The notes below the pieces were generated by a model. It ran no database searches, was not told where the DNA came from, and saw nothing but the letters and a program-made list of their open reading frames with translations. Source: a virus. From it: 64,000 nucleotides of DNA. Within the stretch, counting starts at the first letter, position 1. Each line of letters begins with the position of its first letter. Below are positions 20,149 to 29,098 of the stretch, one piece after another. The position numbers and the translations under genes were made by a program. The DNA is taken from positions 32,001 through 96,000 of the IMG/VR virus record IMGVR_UViG_3300045999_011735; one strand, written 5' to 3'.

Positions 20149-21456
20149 TTAAGCTTCGAGATTTCGTTCGTCGATTTGGAGTTTTAAATCTTCAATTAAA
20201 ACATCAGAATTTAATGTAAATGATGGTTGTGTACGTAATACGATAAATCCACTTCTATCTAAAGCAACAGCATATCTACGTTTATTTCCATCTACTACAA
20301 ATTTAGGATCATTTTCTTCATATATTGCAAAAGTAAATCCTTTATATGAAACATTAGGTACTGCACCTAATTGACCACCACCTTCTAACTGTGCTACTAA
20401 TGCATTAATTTCATTTGGTGATAAGTCATTGTCAATTGCTTTATCAATAATATCGCTAATTGGTAATAATCTTGATTTTTGGTATTGTACTTCAATTACT
20501 AATCCATTTAATGCTTCTCTAGTAATTCCTAACATTACTGTTATAGAATCTAATGTCATTATAGCATCTGTTATTTTTTTAACAGTACCCGGAGTTGCTG
20601 GGGTAGGGATTAATAATAGTATTCTAACAACTATAGAAATAATTCTTAATATTCTTTCTAAAGTTCTAATTGTATTTCTAATTTTAGTAATTTGACGTTC
20701 AGCTTTATTTAATTCAACTAAAGCAGCATTTCGTACTACCCTTGCTCTTAATACATCCTGTTTAGTTTGAATATTTAAAATTTGTTCGTTTACTCTATCA
20801 ACTAAATCAGTTAATTGCTGTACTATTTTAGCTAATCGCTGAACTTCTCTATTCAATAATTTAGATATGATAAATAGAGCTGCGGCTTTAGCTAATGATC
20901 TAATTGCTGAACTATTTTTCTTTGCAATTGCTCTAGCATCATTTATTTTAATTTTTTTAACATCTTGTTTAACAATAGTATCACTTTTCCTTTCAGATGC
21001 TTCTACTGTTTGTTTTAATTCTCTTTTCCTAAATATATTTCCTACTCTTCTTGTAAGATCATCTACTTTAGTTTGAACAGCTTCTAAAAATTTAGTAAGT
21101 TGTTGAACTTCTTTTTCTGCTTTTTTCTTTTTTTCCTCTGCAACTTTTAACTTTTTATCGGCTTCATTTGATAAATTTTGTCTTATTTGTTCTGAATTTG
21201 CTCCTGGTTGGTTAGCTTGTTGGTTGAATGTTGCTGGGTCTGGAGCAAGAGTAGCAGCAGCAGCTAAAGCAGCATCAGCAGATAATTGTTTGTTACTTAA
21301 AGTACCAGCATATGATTTAGCTTGTATAGCAGCTGCTTTAGCTTGTTCATATAGTGCTTTAGCATTTTCATACCTACGTCTTCCCTCTTCGTATAGTTTA
21401 CGATTTTCCTCTATCTCTTTTTGAGTATTTTCTATCCTTTCATCAATAGTAGCCAT
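20149..21456 (-). CDS. Long coiled-coil protein, structural block
   Basis: Heptad-rich with hydrophobic helical hairpin; ATG overlaps the upstream stop. Confidence 0.6.
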   Translation of the reverse strand: MATIDERIENTQKEIEENRKLYEEGRRRYENAKALYEQAKAAAIQAKSYAGTLSNKQLSADAALAAAATLAPDPATFNQQANQPGANSEQIRQNLSNEADKKLKVAEEKKKKAEKEVQQLTKFLEAVQTKVDDLTRRVGNIFRKRELKQTVEASERKSDTIVKQDVKKIKINDARAIAKKNSSAIRSLAKAAALFIISKLLNREVQRLAKIVQQLTDLVDRVNEQILNIQTKQDVLRARVVRNAALVELNKAERQITKIRNTIRTLERILRIISIVVRILLLIPTPATPGTVKKITDAIMTLDSITVMLGITREALNGLVIEVQYQKSRLLPISDIIDKAIDNDLSPNEINALVAQLEGGGQLGAVPNVSYKGFTFAIYEENDPKFVVDGNKRRYAVALDRSGFIVLRTQPSFTLNSDVLIEDLKLQIDERNLEA

Positions 21457-22664
21457 TATAAGGTCTTTACAGTTTTAGAAAGTAAATTATCTTTATTTAA
21501 CTTTTTAGTATTATTACTAAGATATGTTTGTAATTTTTCGGCAGCTAAAGCTATATCCATAATAGTTATACCTTCAGGAGTAGCCTTAGCATCAATTATA
21601 TCAGTGCTAAAATCACTTAATGCCTTATATAATCCAGATAAAAGTTGTCTTAAATTATTTCCTAAAACAACAGGTTGAAGTTTATTAAATGAAGTATCTA
21701 TTGATGGTCCTAAAGCAATAATATTATCTTGTATAGTTATTCCTGTTTTATCACTTTGCATATAAACAGGACCTTGAGAATATAATTCAACACCTGTTCT
21801 ACCAAATACTAATACTTCATCTGATTTAGAAGAAATAATAGTTCTATCAGCATTTATAATTGCTTGAGGATTTGAATAGGAAGATATACCAATAGGTTCA
21901 GTAATATTACTTAAACGTACGTTACCTATATTTAAAGGAACAATTTGTTGAGATGTTAAGTAAAATGAAGATCCATCTTGGTTAATATTTTCAACGTATA
22001 AATCAGAACCTGAAGGTTTAAATCCATGTTCATTTGAAAGAATAAGAATAGGATTACTATTTAATTCTCCTGGGTTGGTAGACCATGGTGTTAAATCTTT
22101 ATCTCCTGATCTATTTGTACTTCCAAAACGAAGTGAATTTCCAAATCGACCTTCTAAAACATAGTCACCTTCAAATGTTTGTACTCCTCTAAAATCAGAA
22201 TTTTGTGTAAATGAATTATATAATAAATCTTTATTTTCATTAATAAATAATCCGTTAAATTGAGGGCTATTCCATGCATTAATTACACTTAAGTAATAAG
22301 TTTCTTCTGTTTTATTTGTAATAGGAGAAGGTGCTGATGGTAAATCCATCAACAATACTATTTCACCTGGTAATGGGAAATACTTTTGGTTTGGATATAA
22401 AGGTAAAGCAGTAGGTAACGTAGCAAGAGTAGCATCATTCAACTGATCCAAAGGAATTTCAGTTGATTCATCATATATTTGATACAATATAGTTCCTACA
22501 CCAGCCCAACCACCATTAGCATCCCATACTTTTTCAGGGACACTAGTTGGGCCTAATATAACAGCATAAACCTTTCCTGTCTTAAATTGAAAAGGAGGCA
22601 AAAAGTTATTATTACCAATAGAGGTAGTAATAAACGATAGACCTTCTCTTATTCTAGTACTCAT
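21456..22664 (-). CDS. Baseplate hub/spike (gp5/gpV-like) protein
   Basis: PLPGEIVLL, EGDYVLEGRFGNSLRFGST, IINADR, PVVLG. Confidence 0.6.
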   Translation of the reverse strand: MSTRIREGLSFITTSIGNNNFLPPFQFKTGKVYAVILGPTSVPEKVWDANGGWAGVGTILYQIYDESTEIPLDQLNDATLATLPTALPLYPNQKYFPLPGEIVLLMDLPSAPSPITNKTEETYYLSVINAWNSPQFNGLFINENKDLLYNSFTQNSDFRGVQTFEGDYVLEGRFGNSLRFGSTNRSGDKDLTPWSTNPGELNSNPILILSNEHGFKPSGSDLYVENINQDGSSFYLTSQQIVPLNIGNVRLSNITEPIGISSYSNPQAIINADRTIISSKSDEVLVFGRTGVELYSQGPVYMQSDKTGITIQDNIIALGPSIDTSFNKLQPVVLGNNLRQLLSGLYKALSDFSTDIIDAKATPEGITIMDIALAAEKLQTYLSNNTKKLNKDNLLSKTVKTL

Positions 22665-22665
22665 A

Positions 22666-23019
22666 TTAGTTATTTGTAGGTCCGCTAATGTTGTCTCCTA
22701 CTTCTTTTACAGCAGAAAACAATTGTTCTTTTTCAGCCTCACTTAAAATATAACTAGCAGCTTCATCACTATTACTAGATAATGCACGCTGAACAATACC
22801 TGCTAATTTAACAAGTTGTTCATCATTTTTAACACTAATATTAAGGTGCTCAGCAATTAAAGGAACAATCATAAGAGCCGATTGAGCGTCACTGACCAAT
22901 GGTTTAAGAGTCTCAATTAGGTCTCTAATTTGCTTTTCTTTATCCTTAGAATTGGTATATATGTCCTTGAGTAAATCAGAAAACTTTTTACTGCCCCACA
23001 TTACTTGATCAAAATTCAT
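22666..23019 (-). CDS. Conserved hypothetical protein
   Basis: VPLIAEHL...VKNDEQLVKLA; preceded by ATATTTAT. Confidence 0.6.
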   Translation of the reverse strand: MNFDQVMWGSKKFSDLLKDIYTNSKDKEKQIRDLIETLKPLVSDAQSALMIVPLIAEHLNISVKNDEQLVKLAGIVQRALSSNSDEAASYILSEAEKEQLFSAVKEVGDNISGPTNN

Positions 23020-23058
23020 TGTCTAATTTTTGACTATAAATATAGAAGCAGTAAAAGT

Positions 23059-23862
23059 TTATATATTTACATACCCCTGTTCGTAATATGAATTATATAA
23101 TTGAACATAAACAACCTTTAACTTTTTAATTATTTTAGTGATTTGGGGTGTTTCAACATCAACCATCTCACGTATATAAATGTAAAGGGCTTTTTTATTG
23201 AATATGTCTAATGATTCACATTTACGAAATAGCTCCATTATAGCATCAGCTGTTTTAGCATCATTTTCTTTAGGGAATAATTTATTAAGATTTTTATCTA
23301 TATACTTAATATACAATCCCATGAACTCTGTAAGGCTATAGTCTTGGCTATAATGCTCATTTAGTGTTTCTTCTTTAATTTTTTTATCATCATCTACTTC
23401 GGCCAAGTCACCTTTGTCTTGTAGTTTTTGATAATTTTTCTTATTTTTAAGGATAAGGTAACGCTTTGCAATAGTACCAAAATATGAATAAGCTTTACCT
23501 TTATGTGGTTTATAAAGCTTAAGTTTTTCAAGTAAAAATGCAATTACTTCCTGCTGCATATCTTCTACGGATTCACCATCCATATAATAAAACTTAAACG
23601 TATGAATAATATTTTGGGTTAATTTAAAAAACCCATACTCAATACGTTCGCGATACACAGTATTTCTAAACTCCTGGTCATCTGAGGCTACATATTCCAC
23701 AATAGCGTTTTGAGTATCCTCAGTAAAATAAGTATTAGATGTTTTAGGTTTACGTTTGCGTACTTTTCCAGATTTAGTATACTCGACAGTTACTAAATTA
23801 TCTTCTACTAGAAGACTATTGGTTTGGTTGTTGTCCACGCTTTTTATTAATGTTAAAGTCAT
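23059..23862 (-). CDS. Phage sigma-like factor (T4 gp55-like); start uncertain
   Basis: YFTEDTQNAI, EDMQQEVIAFL, KAYSYFGTIAKRYL resemble sigma region 2 / gp55 AYFTQI. Confidence 0.6.
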   Translation of the reverse strand: MTLTLIKSVDNNQTNSLLVEDNLVTVEYTKSGKVRKRKPKTSNTYFTEDTQNAIVEYVASDDQEFRNTVYRERIEYGFFKLTQNIIHTFKFYYMDGESVEDMQQEVIAFLLEKLKLYKPHKGKAYSYFGTIAKRYLILKNKKNYQKLQDKGDLAEVDDDKKIKEETLNEHYSQDYSLTEFMGLYIKYIDKNLNKLFPKENDAKTADAIMELFRKCESLDIFNKKALYIYIREMVDVETPQITKIIKKLKVVYVQLYNSYYEQGYVNI

Positions 23863-24124
23863 TTAATTCGCTTTGTAATGTTTTTACACTCTCAAAGAAC
23901 CAACCAATTTCATCATCAGAATGAAACGTACCTTTAGCATCTATATCTTCCAAACGTCTATTAGTATTATTTACAGCATTAGAAAAAAGGGCAATATATT
24001 GATCTTGTGAATCAACAATTTTTTCCAACTTTTCTACTTTTTTAAATAAATTATAAGACACATATCCCGAAATAGAAGCCAAAGCCGATAAAATAATAAT
24101 TGTTATAATCATAATTAGTTCCAT
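23816..24124 (-). CDS. Single-pass membrane coiled-coil protein
   Basis: N-terminal hydrophobic helix, coiled coil, GTFHSDDEIGWFF. Confidence 0.55.
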   Translation of the reverse strand: MELIMIITIIILSALASISGYVSYNLFKKVEKLEKIVDSQDQYIALFSNAVNNTNRRLEDIDAKGTFHSDDEIGWFFESVKTLQSELNDFNINKKRGQQPNQ

Positions 24125-24321
24125 TCATCGTTTTCAATAGAAATATTATCCTGCAACTGTTGAAGTAACGTTTTAATCATTTCTAATCTAGCATTAACTT
24201 GTTGAAGTGAACCTCCACGATTCAAATCAATTTCTAATGCACGTAATTGATGTTCAAGTTTTTCGATTTTTGAAAGTGCTTGTTGTTTATATTTCATAAA
24301 ATATTTTTTAAGTATTATCAC
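24115..24321 (-). CDS. Small hypothetical coiled-coil protein
   Basis: Coding-strand ORF. Confidence 0.5.
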   Translation of the reverse strand: MIILKKYFMKYKQQALSKIEKLEHQLRALEIDLNRGGSLQQVNARLEMIKTLLQQLQDNISIENDEWN

Positions 24322-24461
24322 AATATACGACCTTTATTTTCAATAACCAAGTTTTCAACGCCCTATTTTTAGAGCGATTTTACCCTTACTCCTCAATAAA
24401 TACGTATATACACGCATTTTAACAAGAAAGATAGCCTAAAAGGTTTTTACACACTTTAGAC

Positions 24462-24728
24462 TTAACGACGAGACGCCTCAACCATTTGTTTGAGGTTAAT
24501 TTTCTTAATTGGATACGAAAAAGTCTTCTTATCAATCAACTTATCAAGCAATTGTATCTCAATTGGATTATCAGTTATAAAGATACATTTATCATCAGCA
24601 CCATCACCAGGAATATCAATAAAATTTTGAGTATTAAGCTTAGTACCAGGTTTAACCTGACCAAGAAAATCATTCATTTTGTTAGTGAAGGCTGCTTTAT
24701 CGCGATCGCGCATTAAATATTCTGCCAT
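24462..24728 (-). CDS. Hypothetical protein
   Basis: ATG preceded by ATATTTAT motif at 24755-24762. Confidence 0.55.
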   Translation of the reverse strand: MAEYLMRDRDKAAFTNKMNDFLGQVKPGTKLNTQNFIDIPGDGADDKCIFITDNPIEIQLLDKLIDKKTFSYPIKKINLKQMVEASRR

Positions 24729-24773
24729 GATATAATTTTGAGTATATACTGGATATAAATATATGAAAGGACT

Positions 24774-24965
24774 TTAGGTACCGTGCTTTTTGGATTTGCG
24801 CTTATGTTTATCCAATTCAAACTTATAATAACGAATATTATTACCCTTAGCAGAGAAAAATTCCTTAATTTCCGGCTTACCATAATTAGTCTCAATATTC
24901 ATAACCAACTCGGGACTAATAGTATGGATATAATCAACAGTAAATTGAGAATAAATAAGAATCAT
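24774..24965 (-). CDS. Hypothetical protein
   Basis: Abuts the upstream ORF. Confidence 0.45.
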   Translation of the reverse strand: MILIYSQFTVDYIHTISPELVMNIETNYGKPEIKEFFSAKGNNIRYYKFELDKHKRKSKKHGT

Positions 24966-25436
24966 CTAAATACCAGCATTGTTTTCACCAATAATACGAA
25001 TAATAACATCCTCAGCCATCTTGGGAGTAACGGCAAACCCCTCCTTATTAACGTGATACTCCCACAATTGTGTATGGACCATACCCTCAATATGCGATGG
25101 GGCCTTACAAGCAAATGAATTAATAATATACCACGGGGTAATAACACCCGTACCACCATTAATTTCTTTTAAACGCGATTGGGGTGTACGATCCGTATAT
25201 CCAATTTTTAATATACCTGGTTGTCCTTTATTTTCCAACACGTATATATAACCTTCATTAAATGATAATTGGGCATCAAAACTGTGTCGCTTAATCCAAT
25301 AATGAACAAGTTCAAATTCTGGATCATGTGGATCTGGTGTAAGTGTATAGGCATTGGCATATACAACGGATTCACCTTCATTTTTAGGGTAATACTCGCG
25401 TTTAGCCTCCTCCATTGTGATAAGCTTTATCATCAT
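24966..25436 (-). CDS. T5orf172/MUG113-type GIY-YIG domain protein
   Basis: GYIYVLEN...LKIGYTDRTPQSRLKEI...TGV...IEGMVH. Confidence 0.8.
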   Translation of the reverse strand: MMIKLITMEEAKREYYPKNEGESVVYANAYTLTPDPHDPEFELVHYWIKRHSFDAQLSFNEGYIYVLENKGQPGILKIGYTDRTPQSRLKEINGGTGVITPWYIINSFACKAPSHIEGMVHTQLWEYHVNKEGFAVTPKMAEDVIIRIIGENNAGI

Positions 25437-25651
25437 AAGATAATACCTTTAACTACTACGTGCGTAGATGGGTTTAAAACAAATTTAGCATCTTCATGTG
25501 GACCATAATACCAAGCTTCATTTACATTCAAGGCAATTTCTTTTTCCTCACCTATAACAACATCACAATATCCACCTTCGTATCCATTAGTGAATACATG
25601 TAAATCGGGATCTAGCTGTTGTAATTGTTGGATTAATTCTTTAATGGTCAT
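25433..25651 (-). CDS. Small phage protein (MTIKELIQQLQ..D...GYEGG type)
   Basis: Recognisable small phage ORF pattern; overlaps neighbours. Confidence 0.6.
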   Translation of the reverse strand: MTIKELIQQLQQLDPDLHVFTNGYEGGYCDVVIGEEKEIALNVNEAWYYGPHEDAKFVLNPSTHVVVKGIIL

Positions 25652-25863
25652 TTTCTAAATTTAGAGATGAAAAAATCAAAACAAAATAACCAATCAAACA
25701 TGATTGCTCGTGGAATACTAGAAACATACAAATCAAATGTAAGTGGTTGTTCAAAAACCTCTGCCTTAATAGATGCATAACGAAATGCTCCTAATGTTGA
25801 GGCAATTAAAACATAAACTAAAAGTACTAATTTTAATGTTTCCATGATTTTTAATTTAGACAT
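25648..25863 (-). CDS. Small membrane protein
   Basis: Hydrophobic helices; promoter at 25865-25890. Confidence 0.5.
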   Translation of the reverse strand: MSKLKIMETLKLVLLVYVLIASTLGAFRYASIKAEVFEQPLTFDLYVSSIPRAIMFDWLFCFDFFISKFRK

Positions 25864-25889
25864 TAATTTACGTATATACGCTTGGTTTC

Positions 25890-26154
25890 CAAAAAAAGAT
25901 TGTCAAAAGAAAGGTTTCACCCCCTATAGATATTTGGCGAAAGGGGTATAATGGATTTTGTGGAGCCAAAATCTAGCAATATTTTGTTGGATATTTGTAT
26001 ATATGCGCGCCTTGGGTAAAGATCGTAGTTTATCTGTGAGTACGGGGCAGGCCGCGACATATATGCGGCCCGTCGATGGACCGCTATTGCCGTGGGGTCA
26101 TAACGATAGCGGAGCGCTATCGCCCCGCTATCGAGTATCCTTATTTTCTTTTTT
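25890..26154. other. GC-rich non-coding multi-hairpin element
   Basis: GGCCGC/GCGGCC (26050-26070), CGATAGCGG/CCGCTATCG (26104-26133), GATTTTG/CAAAATC; no credible ORF. Confidence 0.55.
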
Positions 26155-26436
26155 TTATACCATTAACGGATTTGCCGCTACGATATTGTCAATTAACTTA
26201 TAATCACTATGACCATTATATAATTGATCATCAATTTGTATTGCAATGCCTAAGTTATTCTGTATACAATCATCTAATACAGTCAGTACTGATAACATAT
26301 CATAATTACTTAAGTCCATTTCAACATAATATATGTTATTAACTGCATCATCAATTTCAATATTAAATCCTAGTTTCTGATATTCAGATAATACTTTGTA
26401 ATTGGCATCTACAAATGCAAACATTAACTTTTTCAT
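26155..26436 (-). CDS. Hypothetical early protein
   Basis: AAAAGTTATG start; own promoter at about 26474-26498. Confidence 0.55.
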   Translation of the reverse strand: MKKLMFAFVDANYKVLSEYQKLGFNIEIDDAVNNIYYVEMDLSNYDMLSVLTVLDDCIQNNLGIAIQIDDQLYNGHSDYKLIDNIVAANPLMV

Positions 26437-26497
26437 AACTTTTAATTTTAATTATTTAATCATTTTAACATGTTAAATATAATAAATTTAGTTATGT

Positions 26498-26626
26498 TTA
26501 TTGAGGAACTCTTGTGATTAATTTGCTTCTACCTTTACACCCATATCCGTTTGTAGCACAGCTGGTTAATCCAGATAATAGAGCTAACATTACAATTATT
26601 AACAGTATTACTTGATGTGGCTTCAT
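26498..26626 (-). CDS. Small lipoprotein (42 aa)
   Basis: MKPHQVILLIIVMLALLSGLTS-C-ATNGYGCKG: signal peptide II with lipobox; below the ORF-track cutoff. Confidence 0.6.
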   Translation of the reverse strand: MKPHQVILLIIVMLALLSGLTSCATNGYGCKGRSKLITRVPQ

Positions 26627-26627
26627 C

Positions 26628-26828
26628 TTATTTAATTTTATAAATTAATCGTTTAAGGTCATTTACTTCTTCCTTTTGTTCCTCTATAATCACGAAACAT
26701 AGGAACACGACTGCCATTAGTAAGGTGATGAACATGAATGTTAGATCTAAATTGGTTTTAGCTGTAAACATTAAATACAATGCTAACACCCCTAATACTA
26801 CACTGATAATACCATTTACTATTTTCAT
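26628..26828 (-). CDS. Small two-TM membrane protein
   Basis: Two hydrophobic helices; own promoter. Confidence 0.55.
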   Translation of the reverse strand: MKIVNGIISVVLGVLALYLMFTAKTNLDLTFMFITLLMAVVFLCFVIIEEQKEEVNDLKRLIYKIK

Positions 26829-26886
26829 ACTTATTAATTTTATAAATTAAATATAAGGAGGGGAATTGTGTTCCCCTCCTATTCCG

Positions 26887-27132
26887 TTATATTCCAAATT
26901 TAGCTCTTGTTTCAACGTATTCATTATACAATCCACCTCGTTGATATATTACACCCAAGGCACTTAATAGCACTTTTGAAGTGCATTTATGACTTATCCC
27001 CATAAAATCACATACTTGTCTTTTGACATTAACGTAATTGGGGGCAAGGTGTTGTTTGTGTTTAATGTGCATTATAGTATCTAACAATAATGCTTTCACT
27101 TGCAGGCGATTGAATGTTACTGTTTGTTCCAT
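26887..27132 (-). CDS. Hypothetical early protein
   Basis: Own promoter at 27152-27176. Confidence 0.55.
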   Translation of the reverse strand: MEQTVTFNRLQVKALLLDTIMHIKHKQHLAPNYVNVKRQVCDFMGISHKCTSKVLLSALGVIYQRGGLYNEYVETRAKFGI

Positions 27133-27182
27133 ACGTTTTAATTTTATAAATTAAATATAACACAGTTTGTTGGGTTAACAAA

Positions 27183-27205
27183 TGGACCCCCTAGAAAGGG
27201 GGTCC
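27183..27205 (-). terminator. Hairpin GGACCCCC/GGGGGTCC
   Basis: Perfect 8-bp inverted repeat just after a stop codon. Confidence 0.6.
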
Positions 27206-27209
27206 GTAA

Positions 27210-27419
27210 TTAAAAATTAAAAGTATGAACAGTCTTTATTTGGCCATGATTCCAGTCTTCCATTATTTGATTTGCTCGATCAATTCCGTCTCTACTTCTA
27301 CACATTCTAGACACGTTCAATTGTTTCATCCATTCCTGGAATTTAGGGTCCAGTTGTGTTTGTAGTCGTTCTTGTTCAAGCCGTTCCCATTGTTCAATGG
27401 TAATGTCTTTTATGTTCAT
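27210..27419 (-). CDS. Hypothetical early protein (start corrected to MNIKDIT)
   Basis: AAAAGTTATG at 27419 with promoter at 27436-27460. Confidence 0.55.
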   Translation of the reverse strand: MNIKDITIEQWERLEQERLQTQLDPKFQEWMKQLNVSRMCRSRDGIDRANQIMEDWNHGQIKTVHTFNF

Positions 27420-27453
27420 AACTTTTAATTTAAATAAAGATATGAAGAGGGGT

Positions 27454-27768
27454 TTAGTTCCCCTCTTCGTCCAAATAATTTCCAAGTACACCTTCAACCA
27501 CACGTTTAATTTTATTGTCATCAAACTCAATACTTGTTAACTCCACCTCACGATAATTCATTTCCAACTCATAATCACTAAGTACATCTGTACCCCAACT
27601 ACTAAATTCGTTTTGGAGTGCCTCCACAACGTCATCAATAATCTCTTTAGTGATACCTCCACCATTCAACTCATTTACCCATTTAATTACTTCACTTACT
27701 GGTACGTAAGCAATCTTTACTAATTCATCTGATGATTGGAGCTTGTCCAATAATTGTTGTTTTGTCAT
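27454..27768 (-). CDS. Hypothetical acidic early protein
   Basis: AAGGTTATG start, own promoter. Confidence 0.55.
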   Translation of the reverse strand: MTKQQLLDKLQSSDELVKIAYVPVSEVIKWVNELNGGGITKEIIDDVVEALQNEFSSWGTDVLSDYELEMNYREVELTSIEFDDNKIKRVVEGVLGNYLDEEGN

Positions 27769-27833
27769 AACCTTGATTTTTAATTTTTAATTAATCAAAT
27801 TAACAAGTTAAATATACACAAAAAAATTGTGTT

Positions 27834-28019
27834 TCAAAATGTTTCCCTAATTAATACTTCCACTCTAGCTTGTGTGTACTTTGCTTTTACATTTTCATAC
27901 ATCTCCATTGCTTCAATTAGTTGTGTTCTTACTGTACCTGATTGAAACTCATTATCAACCTTAATGTAATAGGTAACATCACCTATTGTATTAAATTCTT
28001 TAACTAATTCAATTGTCAT
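27834..28019 (-). CDS. Hypothetical early protein
   Basis: AAAAGTTATG start, own promoter. Confidence 0.55.
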   Translation of the reverse strand: MTIELVKEFNTIGDVTYYIKVDNEFQSGTVRTQLIEAMEMYENVKAKYTQARVEVLIRETF

Positions 28020-28083
28020 AACTTTTAATTTTATAAAATAAAGATATGTAAAATAATTATGTTTACAAGCTGAAAATTTGTTT

Positions 28084-28111
28084 GGAAACCAAATAATCTT
28101 TTTTACATTTA
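28084..28111 (+). promoter_or_regulatory. Plus-strand copy of the phage promoter (AACC-N13-TACATTTA)
   Basis: GGAAACC aaataatcttttt TACATTTA; the only clear plus-strand copy I found. Confidence 0.6.
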
Positions 28112-28206
28112 CATTGTCATTTGGACGGGCGCCCTATGAAATGGGTGGAGGGATCAGAGGTAGGCTGCCTAAGACGTCTTCCACTATCCCCAAAATAAAA
28201 TTGGTC

Positions 28207-28234
28207 TAAAATTACGAATAAGAATTTGGTTTCC
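28207..28234 (-). promoter_or_regulatory. Minus-strand phage promoter (AACC-N13-TAATTTTA) facing the plus-strand copy
   Basis: Same consensus and 13-nt spacer. Confidence 0.6.
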
Positions 28235-28256
28235 CAAATCATACCAGGACAACAAA

Positions 28257-28290
28257 AGACCCAGTTCATTAATTAAAACGAACCGGGTCT
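28257..28290. terminator. Hairpin downstream of the AT-hook gene
   Basis: AGACCCAGTTC...GAACCGGGTCT; TTTG follows on the minus strand. Confidence 0.55.
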
Positions 28291-28317
28291 AGTTGATAAC
28301 CCCTAAATTACCAACAA

Positions 28318-28569
28318 TTAAGCCACTTCTGTTGTGGCTTGTTTCTTTGGGCGTCCACGCTTCACAACTTCACCATTTGCAATTCGTTCTGCAAACGCTG
28401 CGAGACGTTGCTGGCGTGCACTGTTTTCATTTGGTTTACGTCCACGTTGAACACTTAATCCTTGCTCTGCCAATGCGGCACGAGTTGCAAGTTTCAACTG
28501 ACGAGCGCTGTTAGGATTTACCTTACGTCCACGCTGTTTTGTTTCGGTTGTCTGAATTGTTGTTTCCAT
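28318..28569 (-). CDS. Small basic AT-hook-like (RGR) repeat DNA-binding protein
   Basis: QRGRKVNPNSARQ, QRGRKPNENSARQ, KRGRPKK; own promoter and terminator. Confidence 0.65.
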   Translation of the reverse strand: METTIQTTETKQRGRKVNPNSARQLKLATRAALAEQGLSVQRGRKPNENSARQQRLAAFAERIANGEVVKRGRPKKQATTEVA

Positions 28570-28994
28570 AACCTTGATTTTTGTTTTTTTTATTTATTTA
28601 ATCAAATTAACAAACTAAATATACTATGTTTTTATTTGGTTTCAAAATTTTCCTTAACAAAAAAACATATTTCTGGATATACAAAAACATTTGAAATGAT
28701 TTGTTGATGTCGCGCTGAATTCATGCATACAAACACAACACCATTACCCACATTACTCTGTTTCATTCCACATATTATCAAATATCCATACATAAAAAAA
28801 TACCGATATGTTTATGTTTTGATATACTTATATGCTATCTTCCATATTTGGAACGTTTAACATATAACATAAATCTATGTTAATTTGTTGAGTTTCCCGC
28901 GTAAACTTCAATTACCTCTTGTCAATCACGCCTATGGTCACATAAAAAGAAGGCGCGGTAACTACGTTATATTCAACCATAATGTTATACCAGT

Positions 28995-29098
28995 ATGTTC
29001 CCACGTAGGGACGTTACCCGTTTCTATCGTTCCCCCGTTTCACCGTCCGACGTTTACCCACATTACGTTTATCCACATTACGGTTCCCACGTAACGTT
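28995..29098 (+). repeat. 14-15 bp iteron-like repeats containing DnaA-box-like nonamers
   Basis: TTACCCACA 29054, TTATCCACA 29069, GTTCCCACG 29083 and 28997. Confidence 0.5.

Noticed and set aside
25958-26342. Plus-strand ORFs across the GC-rich hairpin island
   Set aside because: Non-ATG starts, wrong strand, no protein-like features; better explained as structured non-coding DNA.
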